Assembly (NCBI GenBank): GCA_040218735.1
Contig: JAVJQW010000049.1
Span: 96,001 to 160,000 of the forward strand
DNA: 64,000 nucleotides
DNA from: Deltaproteobacteria bacterium
GTDB lineage: Bacteria; Myxococcota; Kuafuiibacteriia; Kuafuiibacteriales; Kuafuiibacteriaceae
Direction of reading: 5' to 3'
Below are positions 44,540 to 53,612 of the stretch, piece after piece (position 1 is the first letter of the stretch; the number at the start of each line of letters is the position of its first letter). The notes below the pieces were generated by a model. The model was given only the letters and a program-made list of their open reading frames with translations. It made no database searches and had not been told where the DNA came from. A program made the translations under genes and the position numbers.

Positions 44540-45247
44540 ATGGGACGGTTCTTCGACAAACGCCGCTTCGCGGAGCGGCGACGCGCGAGCGCGCCACCGG
44601 ACGAGGTGGGGCAAGCGCTGTTGAAGCGGTGGCGGAGGGGCGATCCGAACGCATTCTCCGACATCTTCAAGACGTACCGGAGCCTCGTCTACGGTGTGCT
44701 CCATCACTTGCTGTCGAACGACCCGGAGCTCGAGGACGTCGTGCAGACCGCCTTCGTCGAGGTGTACCGGTCGCTGTCGAGCTTCGAGGGGCGCTCCAAG
44801 CTGTCGAGCTGGATCGCGCGCGTCGCGCTGCACACCGGGTATCACCACCTGCGTCGCCGCAAGAGCCGCAAGGCCGACTACGAGTCCGAGCACTGGGTGC
44901 CTGATCTCGTGGACACTTCGCCGCACGCGGATCCCGCGCGCCACGTCGAGCGTCAGGAGGCGATGCGGCGGGTCTACGAGATCCTCGACACACTCTCGGA
45001 GAAGAAACGCACCGTCTTCATCCTGAACGACCTGCAGGGGCTCCCGCAGGAGGAGGTCGCGGAGGTCGTGGGCGTCAGCATCGCCACCGTCCGGACGCGC
45101 CTGTTCTACGCGCGCAAGGAGTTCTGGAAGAAGGCGAACAAGGATCCGATCCTCGCCGACCTCACCGACGCAGGGGCGAACGACGCCGCCGAGTTGACGC
45201 GCGCCAAAAACCGTCCCATCGATCGCGGGGGCGGGGACTCGGGTTGA
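44540..45247 (+). CDS. ECF (sigma-70 group 4) RNA polymerase sigma factor
   Basis: Region 2 EDVVQTAFVEVYRSLSSFEGRSKLSSWI; region 4 LPQEEVAEVVGVSIATVRTRLFYAR. Confidence 0.93.
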   Translation: MGRFFDKRRFAERRRASAPPDEVGQALLKRWRRGDPNAFSDIFKTYRSLVYGVLHHLLSNDPELEDVVQTAFVEVYRSLSSFEGRSKLSSWIARVALHTGYHHLRRRKSRKADYESEHWVPDLVDTSPHADPARHVERQEAMRRVYEILDTLSEKKRTVFILNDLQGLPQEEVAEVVGVSIATVRTRLFYARKEFWKKANKDPILADLTDAGANDAAELTRAKNRPIDRGGGDSG

Positions 45248-46329
45248 AGGTTGTCGCAGCGCTCCTCTCGGTTCTGTACTTCGGTGCGGTGATCACGCTC
45301 GTGGTGAAGTGGACGAGCTTCACCGACTACCTCGAACGTCCCGGTGAAACCTCCGACGCCGAAGCGATCGAGGTCGTCGTGGTCCCGGAAGGCACCACGG
45401 CCACCGACGTGCCCGGCCTGCTCGCGAAGGCCGGCCTGCTCGACGACCCGGAACCGTTTCAGCGCTACGTCGACGACTTCCACATCGCGCGTCCGATCAA
45501 ACCCGGCGAGTACGCGGTCACGCGCAGCATGACGCCGGTGCAGAAGCTCGGCCGTATCGAGAGCGGTCAGCTCGTCACGTACACGGTCGCGATTCGACCG
45601 GGGGCGACGGCGAACGACGTGCTCGGCGTGCTCGCGTCGCAGACGTTGGGTGACGAGGCCGAGCTCGCTCGACTCGTGCACGACGCGGAGTTCGCGAAGT
45701 CCCTCGGCGTGAACGGGACGTCGCTGGAAGGTTTTCTGTACCCCGACGCCTACGACCTGCCGCGCGGGCTCACGGCGAAGGCGCTCCTGTCGCAGCTCGT
45801 CGAACGACACCGGGTGGTCGCGGGCGCCGAGGTCGCGGTGGCGGTGCAGCGTCACGGGATGAGCCCGTACGAGATCGTCACGGTCGCCTCGCTGGTCGAG
45901 TCGGCCGAGGTGCCGAACGCGGAGCGTCGGCTCTACGCGCGGCTGATCCTGAATCGCTTGAAGCGAAGGATGCCGCTTCAGAGTCGGGCGGCGTACGAGT
46001 ACGGCGTGTCGCGCGTGGATCCGGCCAAGCTCGAGCCGGAGGCCGTGCGGCGGAAGCGTCGTCGTCGAAAGCGAATCCACCCGTGGGACACGTCAAAGAA
46101 CGCGGGGCTCCCGAAGACGCCGATCTGCAACCCGGACGTCGAATCGATCCGCGCGGTCGCGGCGGCGGCCGACAGCGAGGCGGTGTTCATGGTCCGGCGT
46201 GACGACGGGACCCACGTCTACTGCGCGGACTTCGAGTGTTACGAGGCGGCGCGGTATCAGGTGCGTGGGCTCGCGCCGCCGCCACCTCCGCCTCCGCCGC
46301 CCCCGACGGAGCCGGCGCCGACGCCGTGA
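45244..46329 (+). CDS. mltG: MltG/YceG-family endolytic transglycosylase homologue (catalytic motif divergent)
   Basis: N-terminal TM; IKPGEY; SLEGFLYPDAY; VTVASLVE; NRLKRRMPLQ; GLPKTPICNP. Confidence 0.8.
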   Translation: MKVVAALLSVLYFGAVITLVVKWTSFTDYLERPGETSDAEAIEVVVVPEGTTATDVPGLLAKAGLLDDPEPFQRYVDDFHIARPIKPGEYAVTRSMTPVQKLGRIESGQLVTYTVAIRPGATANDVLGVLASQTLGDEAELARLVHDAEFAKSLGVNGTSLEGFLYPDAYDLPRGLTAKALLSQLVERHRVVAGAEVAVAVQRHGMSPYEIVTVASLVESAEVPNAERRLYARLILNRLKRRMPLQSRAAYEYGVSRVDPAKLEPEAVRRKRRRRKRIHPWDTSKNAGLPKTPICNPDVESIRAVAAAADSEAVFMVRRDDGTHVYCADFECYEAARYQVRGLAPPPPPPPPPPTEPAPTP

Positions 46330-47120
46330 GTGCGGTCGAAGTTCGCGGGCTGAAGAAGACGTTCCGTCTGCGCAGGAACAAGAAGGAGCTGCTGATGCCC
46401 TGGCGTCCGCGTCGGACGACGGAGGCGTTGGTCGGCGTGGATCTGAAGGTGGAGCGCGGTGAGCTCGTCGCGCTGATCGGGCCGAACGGCGCGGGCAAGA
46501 CGACGCTGCTCGACGTGTTGGCGACGTTGGTGTTGCCGACGTCGGGCACGGCGTACGTCGAGGGTTACGACGTGGCGCACGACGCGGTCGAGGTGCGGCG
46601 TCGCATCGGCTACGTGCTGACGGAGGAGCGCAGCTTCTTCTGGCGGCTGACGGTGCGCGACAACCTGATGTTCTTCGCGGCGCTGCAGGGGCTGTTCGGT
46701 GCGACGGCTCGGGAGCGGATCGAGTCGGTGGCCGAGAGCATCGGGTTGGTCGACCAGCTCGCACGTGAGTTCTCTGCGTTGTCGGCGGGGCAGAAGCAGC
46801 GGGTGGCGATCGCTCGGGGGTTGTTGCCGGACCCGCCGGTTTTGTTGTTCGACGAGGCGACGCGTTCGTTGGATCCGGGGCGTGCGGAGCGGGTGCGTCG
46901 GGTGGTGCGGCGGTTGGTGGACCGCGACGGCAAGGCGGTGGTTTTTGCGACGCACGACTTGGACGAGGCGCGAGATCTGTCGGACCGGATCGTGTGTATG
47001 GCGAAGGGTTCGATCGCGTGCGCGGGGCGCTTCGAGGACGTCGAGGCGGAGGCGATGGCGTTGTTCGTCGAGGAAGCGCAGTCGGAGGACGCGGAGCTGC
47101 ACGCGTTGTTGTCGTCGTGA
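46326..47120 (+). CDS. ABC exporter ATP-binding protein
   Basis: GPNGAGKTT; LSAGQ; LLFDEAT; ATH; GTG overlaps the mltG stop. Confidence 0.93.
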   Translation: MSAVEVRGLKKTFRLRRNKKELLMPWRPRRTTEALVGVDLKVERGELVALIGPNGAGKTTLLDVLATLVLPTSGTAYVEGYDVAHDAVEVRRRIGYVLTEERSFFWRLTVRDNLMFFAALQGLFGATARERIESVAESIGLVDQLAREFSALSAGQKQRVAIARGLLPDPPVLLFDEATRSLDPGRAERVRRVVRRLVDRDGKAVVFATHDLDEARDLSDRIVCMAKGSIACAGRFEDVEAEAMALFVEEAQSEDAELHALLSS

Positions 47121-47935
47121 GGTTGCTTCGGCTGTTGTGGGCGTTCGTGGTGCGGGACGCGAAGATCGCGTTTTCGTATCGCCTGCAGTTCTTCTTTCAG
47201 TCGGCGAGTGTGCTGTCGCTGTCGATCACGTTCTTCTTCCTGTCGTTGATGATGAAGGGCGTCGAGGGGGGCATCGTCGCGCTGGACAGGTACGGCGGCG
47301 GGTACTTCGGGTTCGTCTTGGTGGGGATCGCGTTTTCGACCTACCTCGACGCGGCGCTGCGGACGTTCTCCGCGAGTGTGCGTCAGGCGCAGATCACCGG
47401 GACGTTGGAAGCGATGCTGACGACGTCGTCGCCGATCGGCGCGATGGTGTTCGGGTCGGCGCTGTACACGCTGCTCTTCACGACGGCGCGGGTCGGCCTG
47501 TTCTTGTTCCTGGGCGTCTTCATGTTCGGGCTGCGCCTGCACGGCGAGGCCTGGCTCGGCGCGGTGACGGTGGTCGCGCTGACGGTGACGGCGACGTTTG
47601 CGCTGGGGATCTTCGCGGCGGGTTTCATCGTGCTGTTCAAACAGGGTGACCCGGTCTCCGCGGCGGTGAACGGGTTGTCGTGGCTGCTGTCGGGCGTCCT
47701 GTACCCGAAGGAGATCCTGCCGGACTGGGTGCAGGACGTCGCGGACTTGCTCCCGATGACACACACGCTCGAGGCGGTGCGCTTGGCGATCCTGACCGGC
47801 GCGCCGCTCGCGGACCTGATGGGCGCGGTGACTTATCTGGGTGGGTTCTCGGCGGTGGGGATCCCGGTGTCGCTGGCTTGGTTTTCGTGGGCGGTGAAGC
47901 GGGCGAGGGTCGCGGGGTCGTTGGCGTCCTATTAG
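47117..47935 (+). CDS. ABC-2 exporter permease
   Basis: About 6 TM helices; QITGTLEAMLTT; LSGVLYP..LPDW; LPMTH. Confidence 0.9.
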   Translation: MRLLRLLWAFVVRDAKIAFSYRLQFFFQSASVLSLSITFFFLSLMMKGVEGGIVALDRYGGGYFGFVLVGIAFSTYLDAALRTFSASVRQAQITGTLEAMLTTSSPIGAMVFGSALYTLLFTTARVGLFLFLGVFMFGLRLHGEAWLGAVTVVALTVTATFALGIFAAGFIVLFKQGDPVSAAVNGLSWLLSGVLYPKEILPDWVQDVADLLPMTHTLEAVRLAILTGAPLADLMGAVTYLGGFSAVGIPVSLAWFSWAVKRARVAGSLASY

Positions 47936-48136
47936 CCCCAATGCGGTTCACTTGGCAGACGGCCTGCCACGAGCCCCAATCAGGCGGCGAGGGGCGCCTC
48001 GCGTAGGGCAGCGCGCCGGCGCCGCGGAGCGACTCGTCCCTCGTGCGTCGTTTCGCCGGGCTGGTGAAGGAGGGGGTCCGCGGAGCGCAGTACTCCCAAG
48101 GACGCCCGCGCTCTCGAACACCGCCTGGCATCGCTC

Positions 48137-49129
48137 TCACGAGCTGCCCTCCGCGCGTGCCGGTAGCGTCGGATGCGGTTCACGCCGAGGACGCTCGGGA
48201 CCCGCGCCTTGTCTGGGCTGGGTAGAGCGGCGCTCGTGAATCCTTCGAGCGATGAAGGCGTGACCCAACACCTCCCGCGCCGCGTGAAGGTTGTGCGCGC
48301 GACACAGTAATCGCAGCTCGCCGACCACGCTCTTGGCGCCCAACGCGCGGCCGCCCACGTGATCGAATTCGAGGTTCGACCGTTCGCTGCATCGCCGACC
48401 GTCCGGGCTCACGTACGTGCACTGCGCGCCGTCGCGTTCGACCACCGCGCGGCGCGTTGCCGCGGGGACGTACGCTGCGCCCGCCGGCGCATCCTCGGCG
48501 GGTTTCGATCGCGGACGACTCGTCTTTCCGTTCCTTCTTCGCTCCAACTTTTCCACGTACAGCGCAAGCGCCGCTTCGAAGATCTCCCCGATGTCCGTCC
48601 CAGGCGGGGTGAGCTCCTTGGCTCGATCCAACAGCGCCTTCGCTTCGGCGCTCCCGTCGAAACGAAAAGCGAACGTGTCGTGCGTTGCCGCCGTGACGCG
48701 ATCGTCAGAGCTCTTCGCGCCGGGGAATTCGGTAGCGATCAGCATCTCGACCTCGGCCTTGGACTTGTTCCGCGCCTGCTCGACGAGGCTGTGGGCGTTG
48801 TCGTCGTTCATGAACTTCGAGAGCTTCGCGACGCCGGTCATGTGCAGCTCACCGGTCGCGAGCAGCTCGAACACCTCGGGCACCCGCCGCGCCGCGCGCA
48901 CCACGGCGACGCGCCGGCACGCCTGGTCCTCGGTCAGCCCAAGCCCCTCGACGCAGAACCGAAACAGCGAGCTGAAGCCGCGTTCGACGTAGAGCTTGCG
49001 CCGCTCGATCTCCGCCATGAACCGGAGCGCCTGCACACCGCAATTCAGCTCCGCTCGAAGCGCCTCGTGAAGTCCGCTCAGGAGATCGTTCTGGGTCATG
49101 CAAGACAGGTTGCAAGCGTTCGGGCTCAT
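48137..49129 (-). mobile_element. DUF222-like / HNH endonuclease of the repeated myxobacterial type
   Basis: EIERRKLYVERGFSSLFRFCVEGLG; YVPAATRRAVVERDGAQCTYVSPDGRRC...LEFDH...LLCRAHN. Confidence 0.82.
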
Positions 49130-49826
49130 GCATCGAAGGTATCATCGAGCCCTCGAAACGCGATTTGGCGCGGCTCGAGGATGCCGGTCTGACACCTGCG
49201 AGGATGCACGCTATGGACCGTCAGCGCCCGGCGATGCGTCCAAGCTCGAAAACTTCGAAACGGACTGCGTTCGTCGAAGAGATGGTCCGGACAGGGCCTT
49301 TGATTCCGTCAACCCCCCAAAGAGAGAAAGAAGTTTCTTCCGCAACTCAACTTGCGCGACCGGCGATCCCCGTGACCAGCCGGCGAACCTCACACGTCCA
49401 TCGCAGCCCTCGACCGCCGCCGGCGCAATCATCCGACGCTGATTCCAGTGGTCTCGTTAAACGCGTCGAAGGCGGCACGGGTCACTCGCGAGCGAGGCCG
49501 CGAAGATTCATCTTCGTGGATGCCACGCCGCGAGCGCGACGTGGGGAGCATGGCGAGTGCCGCCGACCATCGGGCGGAGCCGACCGCCGTCCTCCTGTCT
49601 AAATGGAGCGCGGGCCGCACGGGCCGGCGGGGCACTTCAGTGTCGGGCGATGGCTCCAAGGTGCGTCGGGCGCGTCATCCCCCGCTACGGCGTTTCCAGG
49701 TGGCCAAATTCGCTAACCTAGCGTCATTGCTATTAGCCCCCGGCCGCGTCGGGCGGCCGCGGTACTCACTTGAGGTGGCGAGTCGTACTCAGCCAGGTGG
49801 CTGGTCTCGCCTTCGTGCGGGGGACG

Positions 49827-51350
49827 TCACCTCCCGACACCCTCCAGCTCCCTCGTCAGGGCGTCCACGCGCGCCGCGCTCACCTCGCGCGCTGCGCTCT
49901 CTCTAACGATCTGCGCGGTTACGCCCTCGATCCTCGCGCGGCGCCGACCGGTCGCGGCGTCGCGCATCTTCACCGCGCGTTGGTAGAGGTCGCGCAGGCG
50001 CGCCTTGGGGTCGAGCGTCGACGGAGGCTCGGCCGGCGGCTGAGTTTGGGGCTTGGCGCGCGACGTGCGGCGCCTCCGCACGGGTGTGGGTTCGTCGATC
50101 GGTGGCTCGCGCTCTCTAAAGAGTGGCTCCAGCGCTACGCGCTGCTCCACGCTCGGCGTCACGACCGTCTCCACCTCCACGATGCGCCCCTCGAACTCGA
50201 CCGGCAACGACGCCCACCAGGCGCCCGCGGCGATCACCAGGCTCACCACCGCCGCGGCGACGACCAGGCCTCCCCACCGCGACGGACGTGGATTCACCGG
50301 CTCCGCGGGCTGGCGCCGACGTCGGACTACCATCGTCCGCACCTGCTCCTGAGTTTGCGCCCGCGTTCGGGTGGGTTCCGGGGGCGGGGCCGTGTCTTCC
50401 AGCCCATCCGCGGTGAGGGCTTCGGTGAGCTCGTCGTGCTCCGCGGAGAAGTTGTTGCGCATCCACGCGCCGACGTCCGCCGCACTCATCGGCGCGTTCG
50501 TAGGTAGCGCCTCCATCAGTGCGCTCTTCAACGCCGCCGCGCTCTCGAACCGCTGCTCGGGGCGCTTCGCCAACGCCTTCGCCAGAATCGAGTCCACCGC
50601 GCGCGGGAGCGCGGTGTTCACGGTGCTCGCGGCGGGGGGTGGCTTGGAGATCACCGCCACCAACGCCTCGGCGTAGCCCACCTCGTCGACGAGGCGCCGC
50701 CCGGTCCACAGCTCGTAGAGCACCGACGCGAAGCTGTAGAGATCGCTGCGTGCGTCGACCGCGTCGCCGCCCGCCTGCTCCGGTGACATGTAACTCAAGG
50801 TACCCGCGATCGTTCCGGGTTGAGTCTTGAAACTCCCGACGTCGGCGCGCACCATCCCGAAGTCGATCAGTTTCGTACGCCCGTCGAACGCCACCATGAT
50901 GTTCTTCGGCGATACATCCCGGTGTACGACCGCGAGGTCCGAGCCATCGACGCCCTTCAGCGCGTGCGCGTAGTGCAGGGCGTCCAGCACGGCGTACGCT
51001 ACGGCCAGAGTGAGTTCGAAGGGCGGGGTGGGTTCCTTGGCGAGTACCCGCTCCAAGTCACACCCGGGGATGAGCTCCATCGCGAGGTACCAGCCGGCTT
51101 CGCTCCGGCCCTCGTCGATCCGGCCCGAGTCATGGAGGCGCGCGATGTTCGGGTGGTCGAGCAGCGTGCCGATCTGCGCCTCGCGCACGAACCGTTGCTC
51201 CGCGACCGGCTCGTCCGACCACGCTGCGTGCAGCACCTTGAGCACGCAGAACTCCGCCGAACGCTCCCGCTGCGCGAGCCACACCGACGCCATCGCGCCC
51301 GAGCCCAGACGCTCCACGAGCCGATAGTTCGGGACCTGCGGGGCGGACAT
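49827..51350 (-). CDS. Transmembrane Ser/Thr protein kinase
   Basis: ATG 51350; GSGAMASVW, CVLKVL, HRDVSPKN, DFGMV, GTLSYMSPE; TM GLVVAAAVVSLVIAAGAWW. Confidence 0.93.
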   Translation of the reverse strand: MSAPQVPNYRLVERLGSGAMASVWLAQRERSAEFCVLKVLHAAWSDEPVAEQRFVREAQIGTLLDHPNIARLHDSGRIDEGRSEAGWYLAMELIPGCDLERVLAKEPTPPFELTLAVAYAVLDALHYAHALKGVDGSDLAVVHRDVSPKNIMVAFDGRTKLIDFGMVRADVGSFKTQPGTIAGTLSYMSPEQAGGDAVDARSDLYSFASVLYELWTGRRLVDEVGYAEALVAVISKPPPAASTVNTALPRAVDSILAKALAKRPEQRFESAAALKSALMEALPTNAPMSAADVGAWMRNNFSAEHDELTEALTADGLEDTAPPPEPTRTRAQTQEQVRTMVVRRRRQPAEPVNPRPSRWGGLVVAAAVVSLVIAAGAWWASLPVEFEGRIVEVETVVTPSVEQRVALEPLFREREPPIDEPTPVRRRRTSRAKPQTQPPAEPPSTLDPKARLRDLYQRAVKMRDAATGRRRARIEGVTAQIVRESAAREVSAARVDALTRELEGVGR

Positions 51351-52776
51351 CAGGCCCCCTCCGGGGGCGCCAGCCACTCCACTGCGACGCTGTCCCCGAC
51401 TGAGCTCACCACGACCAACGCGTCGCCGACCTCCACGACGAAGGCCGAAGCCTCCGCCTGCACCGAGACCCGAGGACAAACGGTCGAAGTGCCGTCCGTG
51501 ACACGGTGGTGCCACAGCGAACCACGTTCGACCGCCACGAAGCCCCCGACGATCGACTCCAGTGCCAACACCTCGGAGGACATCGACGACGCAATGGGCT
51601 CGGGCGCTGCACCGAGGCGGGTCGGGTGTACGGACAGGCCGCCGGAGGCGTCGCCGAGGATCAGCCCGAGCTCGGGTACAAACGCTATCTGCGTGACCGA
51701 CGAGGTCGCGGCGCGCTCCTGCAGCGCGTACGCGGTGTACGCGACGTTACGCTCCGGCGCGAACGGCCACAGCGCCGCGGTGTGTTCACGCGAAACGAAC
51801 GCCAGGTCGCTGTCGACGAAACGCACGGAGTTGTTCGGGGCGGGCGTGGTGAACGCGAGCGGTTCGTCGAGCGCGGGCGGCTCCCCTGCGAACGTATAGC
51901 GGCTCACGTGCCCGAGGAACTCCTTGCGCACGTCGTTGTACCGAGCGCTGAAGAGATCGAGGCGTTCGACGGGAGCGCGCCGCGGGCCGGTCAGCTCGAT
52001 CGCCGCGAAATCGAATGCCGAACGACGCACCTCGTGGACGCGCTCGAATGCGCGCGCCTCGAGGTCGAAGTCCGATCGGTACACCGCCCCCGGAGCGCGA
52101 TGGTCCGGGTGTTGGCGTACGTGAACCAGAGTGTTCGACCGAAGCCGCGAAAGATCGGTCCGATCCGACAGGGGCCGTTACAGACGTCGTCCCCGACGGG
52201 TTGGTCGATCGGTTGGATCGTCTCGGCGGTGACCGCGTACAGGGCGCCGCCGCGCAGCCCCACCAGGAGGGTGGTCTCCTCCCAGGTGCCTTCGGCGCCC
52301 AGAGCCACCGCGAAGAGCGGCGGTTCGGTTGATGCAATCGAACGCGTCGTCTCGACGCTCGACAAGCAGCCGCCGGGCGCCTCGATGCGAAGGTCGACGA
52401 TCGGCCCCGCCCACCGCTCGGAGAGCGGCGACCACGCGACGGGAGTCTTCTGCGTCTGTAAGCTGCGGGCCGGGGTCGGCAGGAGGCGCCCACCCTCCAA
52501 TGCGAGGTCCTGCAAGCCAGGTTGCAGCCCGAGCTCGGCCAACGAGCGTTGGTAGGCGTAGAAGAACACCTCGTTGGGCACGTTGTCGGGGGCGACCCGC
52601 ACCGGCGCGTCCACGAGGACACCGTCTTCGAAGCGCAACGCGTGCACCTGGTTACCCAGGACGAGGAGTCCGGCTTGGTGTTGCGGTTCGACGGGGAGGT
52701 CGAAGAAGGCGGCATCGGGCATCGAGCAGGCGGCGCAGGCGAGGGCCGCGAGGGCGCGGAGGTAGCGTGCGCTCAC
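51350..52776 (-). pseudogene. Hypothetical lipoprotein apparently split by a frameshift near 52090 (or a sequencing error)
   Basis: 5' part from GTG 52776 (VSARYLRALAALACAAC) stops at 51991; 3' part 51350-52084 overlaps it by 94 bp in another frame; G5 run at the junction. Confidence 0.55.
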
Positions 52777-53588
52777 CGGCACTCTCGCGCGTCCGCGGCG
52801 AAGCACAGCTCGACGGGGTCGTTGGGGCCCGAGAGGAGCAGCCCCGCGGTCACGCCTGCCGCGACGGCGACGACGACCGCGCCGGTGACGACCCAGAACG
52901 CAGGCTGTTCGACGAGGGAGACCTCTTCGTTCAGCGTGACCCGGGTCAGGGACTCCTGTCCGGCGACGATCCGCAACGTTGTCGTCGCGGGAGCGTGGCC
53001 TTCGGCGTGGGCCTGGAGCGTGTAGATTCCCGGTGGCCCACGGTAGAGGCGGGGCCCGACGGCGACCAGCTCCCCTGGCGTCACGATCTGAGCGCCCGGC
53101 GGGCTGACCGCGACGCGCGCGCGACCGCCTCGGACCGCGCCGTGGGCTGTGAGGAGCCCGACCGACGCCTCGGCGATCTTGCGCGCGAGCAGAGGTCCTT
53201 CCGTCGGATCGAGCGCCACGAGGCGATCGTCGGAGCGCATCGTGTCCGGATGGATGATCGTCAGCGCGACGCTCCACGGCTCGAGCTCGAAGTTCACCGC
53301 TGCGACGACGATGAGCTCGAGCGTGTGCTCCCGAAACACCCGCGCGACACACGCCGCGTCGGCCCCGCAGTCGCGCACCTGAGACGCGCTCATGGAGGGG
53401 CTCTGCACGAGGAGCTGGTTGTAGGAGAGCGGCTCGACGAGCAGCGGCTGGGCCTCGACGATCTCGACGAGCGCCGCGTAGATATCGGCGGACGTCGTCG
53501 GGGGCGCTTCACCCGCGACGATCGGGACGAACGCGACCTGGGGCAGGGTAGCGTAGAGCGTCGCGAGTAGGTGCACCATCGTCTGCAT
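52773..53588 (-). CDS. PEGA-like domain protein with C-terminal hydrophobic anchor
   Basis: CGADAACV; PPGIYTLQAHAEGHAP; tail QPAFWVVTGAVVVAVAAGVTAGLLL. Confidence 0.7.
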   Translation of the reverse strand: MQTMVHLLATLYATLPQVAFVPIVAGEAPPTTSADIYAALVEIVEAQPLLVEPLSYNQLLVQSPSMSASQVRDCGADAACVARVFREHTLELIVVAAVNFELEPWSVALTIIHPDTMRSDDRLVALDPTEGPLLARKIAEASVGLLTAHGAVRGGRARVAVSPPGAQIVTPGELVAVGPRLYRGPPGIYTLQAHAEGHAPATTTLRIVAGQESLTRVTLNEEVSLVEQPAFWVVTGAVVVAVAAGVTAGLLLSGPNDPVELCFAADARECR

Positions 53589-53612
53589 CCTCGTACCGGT
53601 ATCGAGGCCTCG

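Noticed and set aside
41686-44904. 1072-aa plus-strand ORF and similar long antisense ORFs (53571-55835, 35263-37488, 21245-23386)
   Set aside because: Shadow frames opposite well-supported genes, expected in high-GC DNA
49130-49826. Small ORFs between the HNH gene and the kinase
   Set aside because: No recognisable motifs or coding-like composition; treated as non-coding
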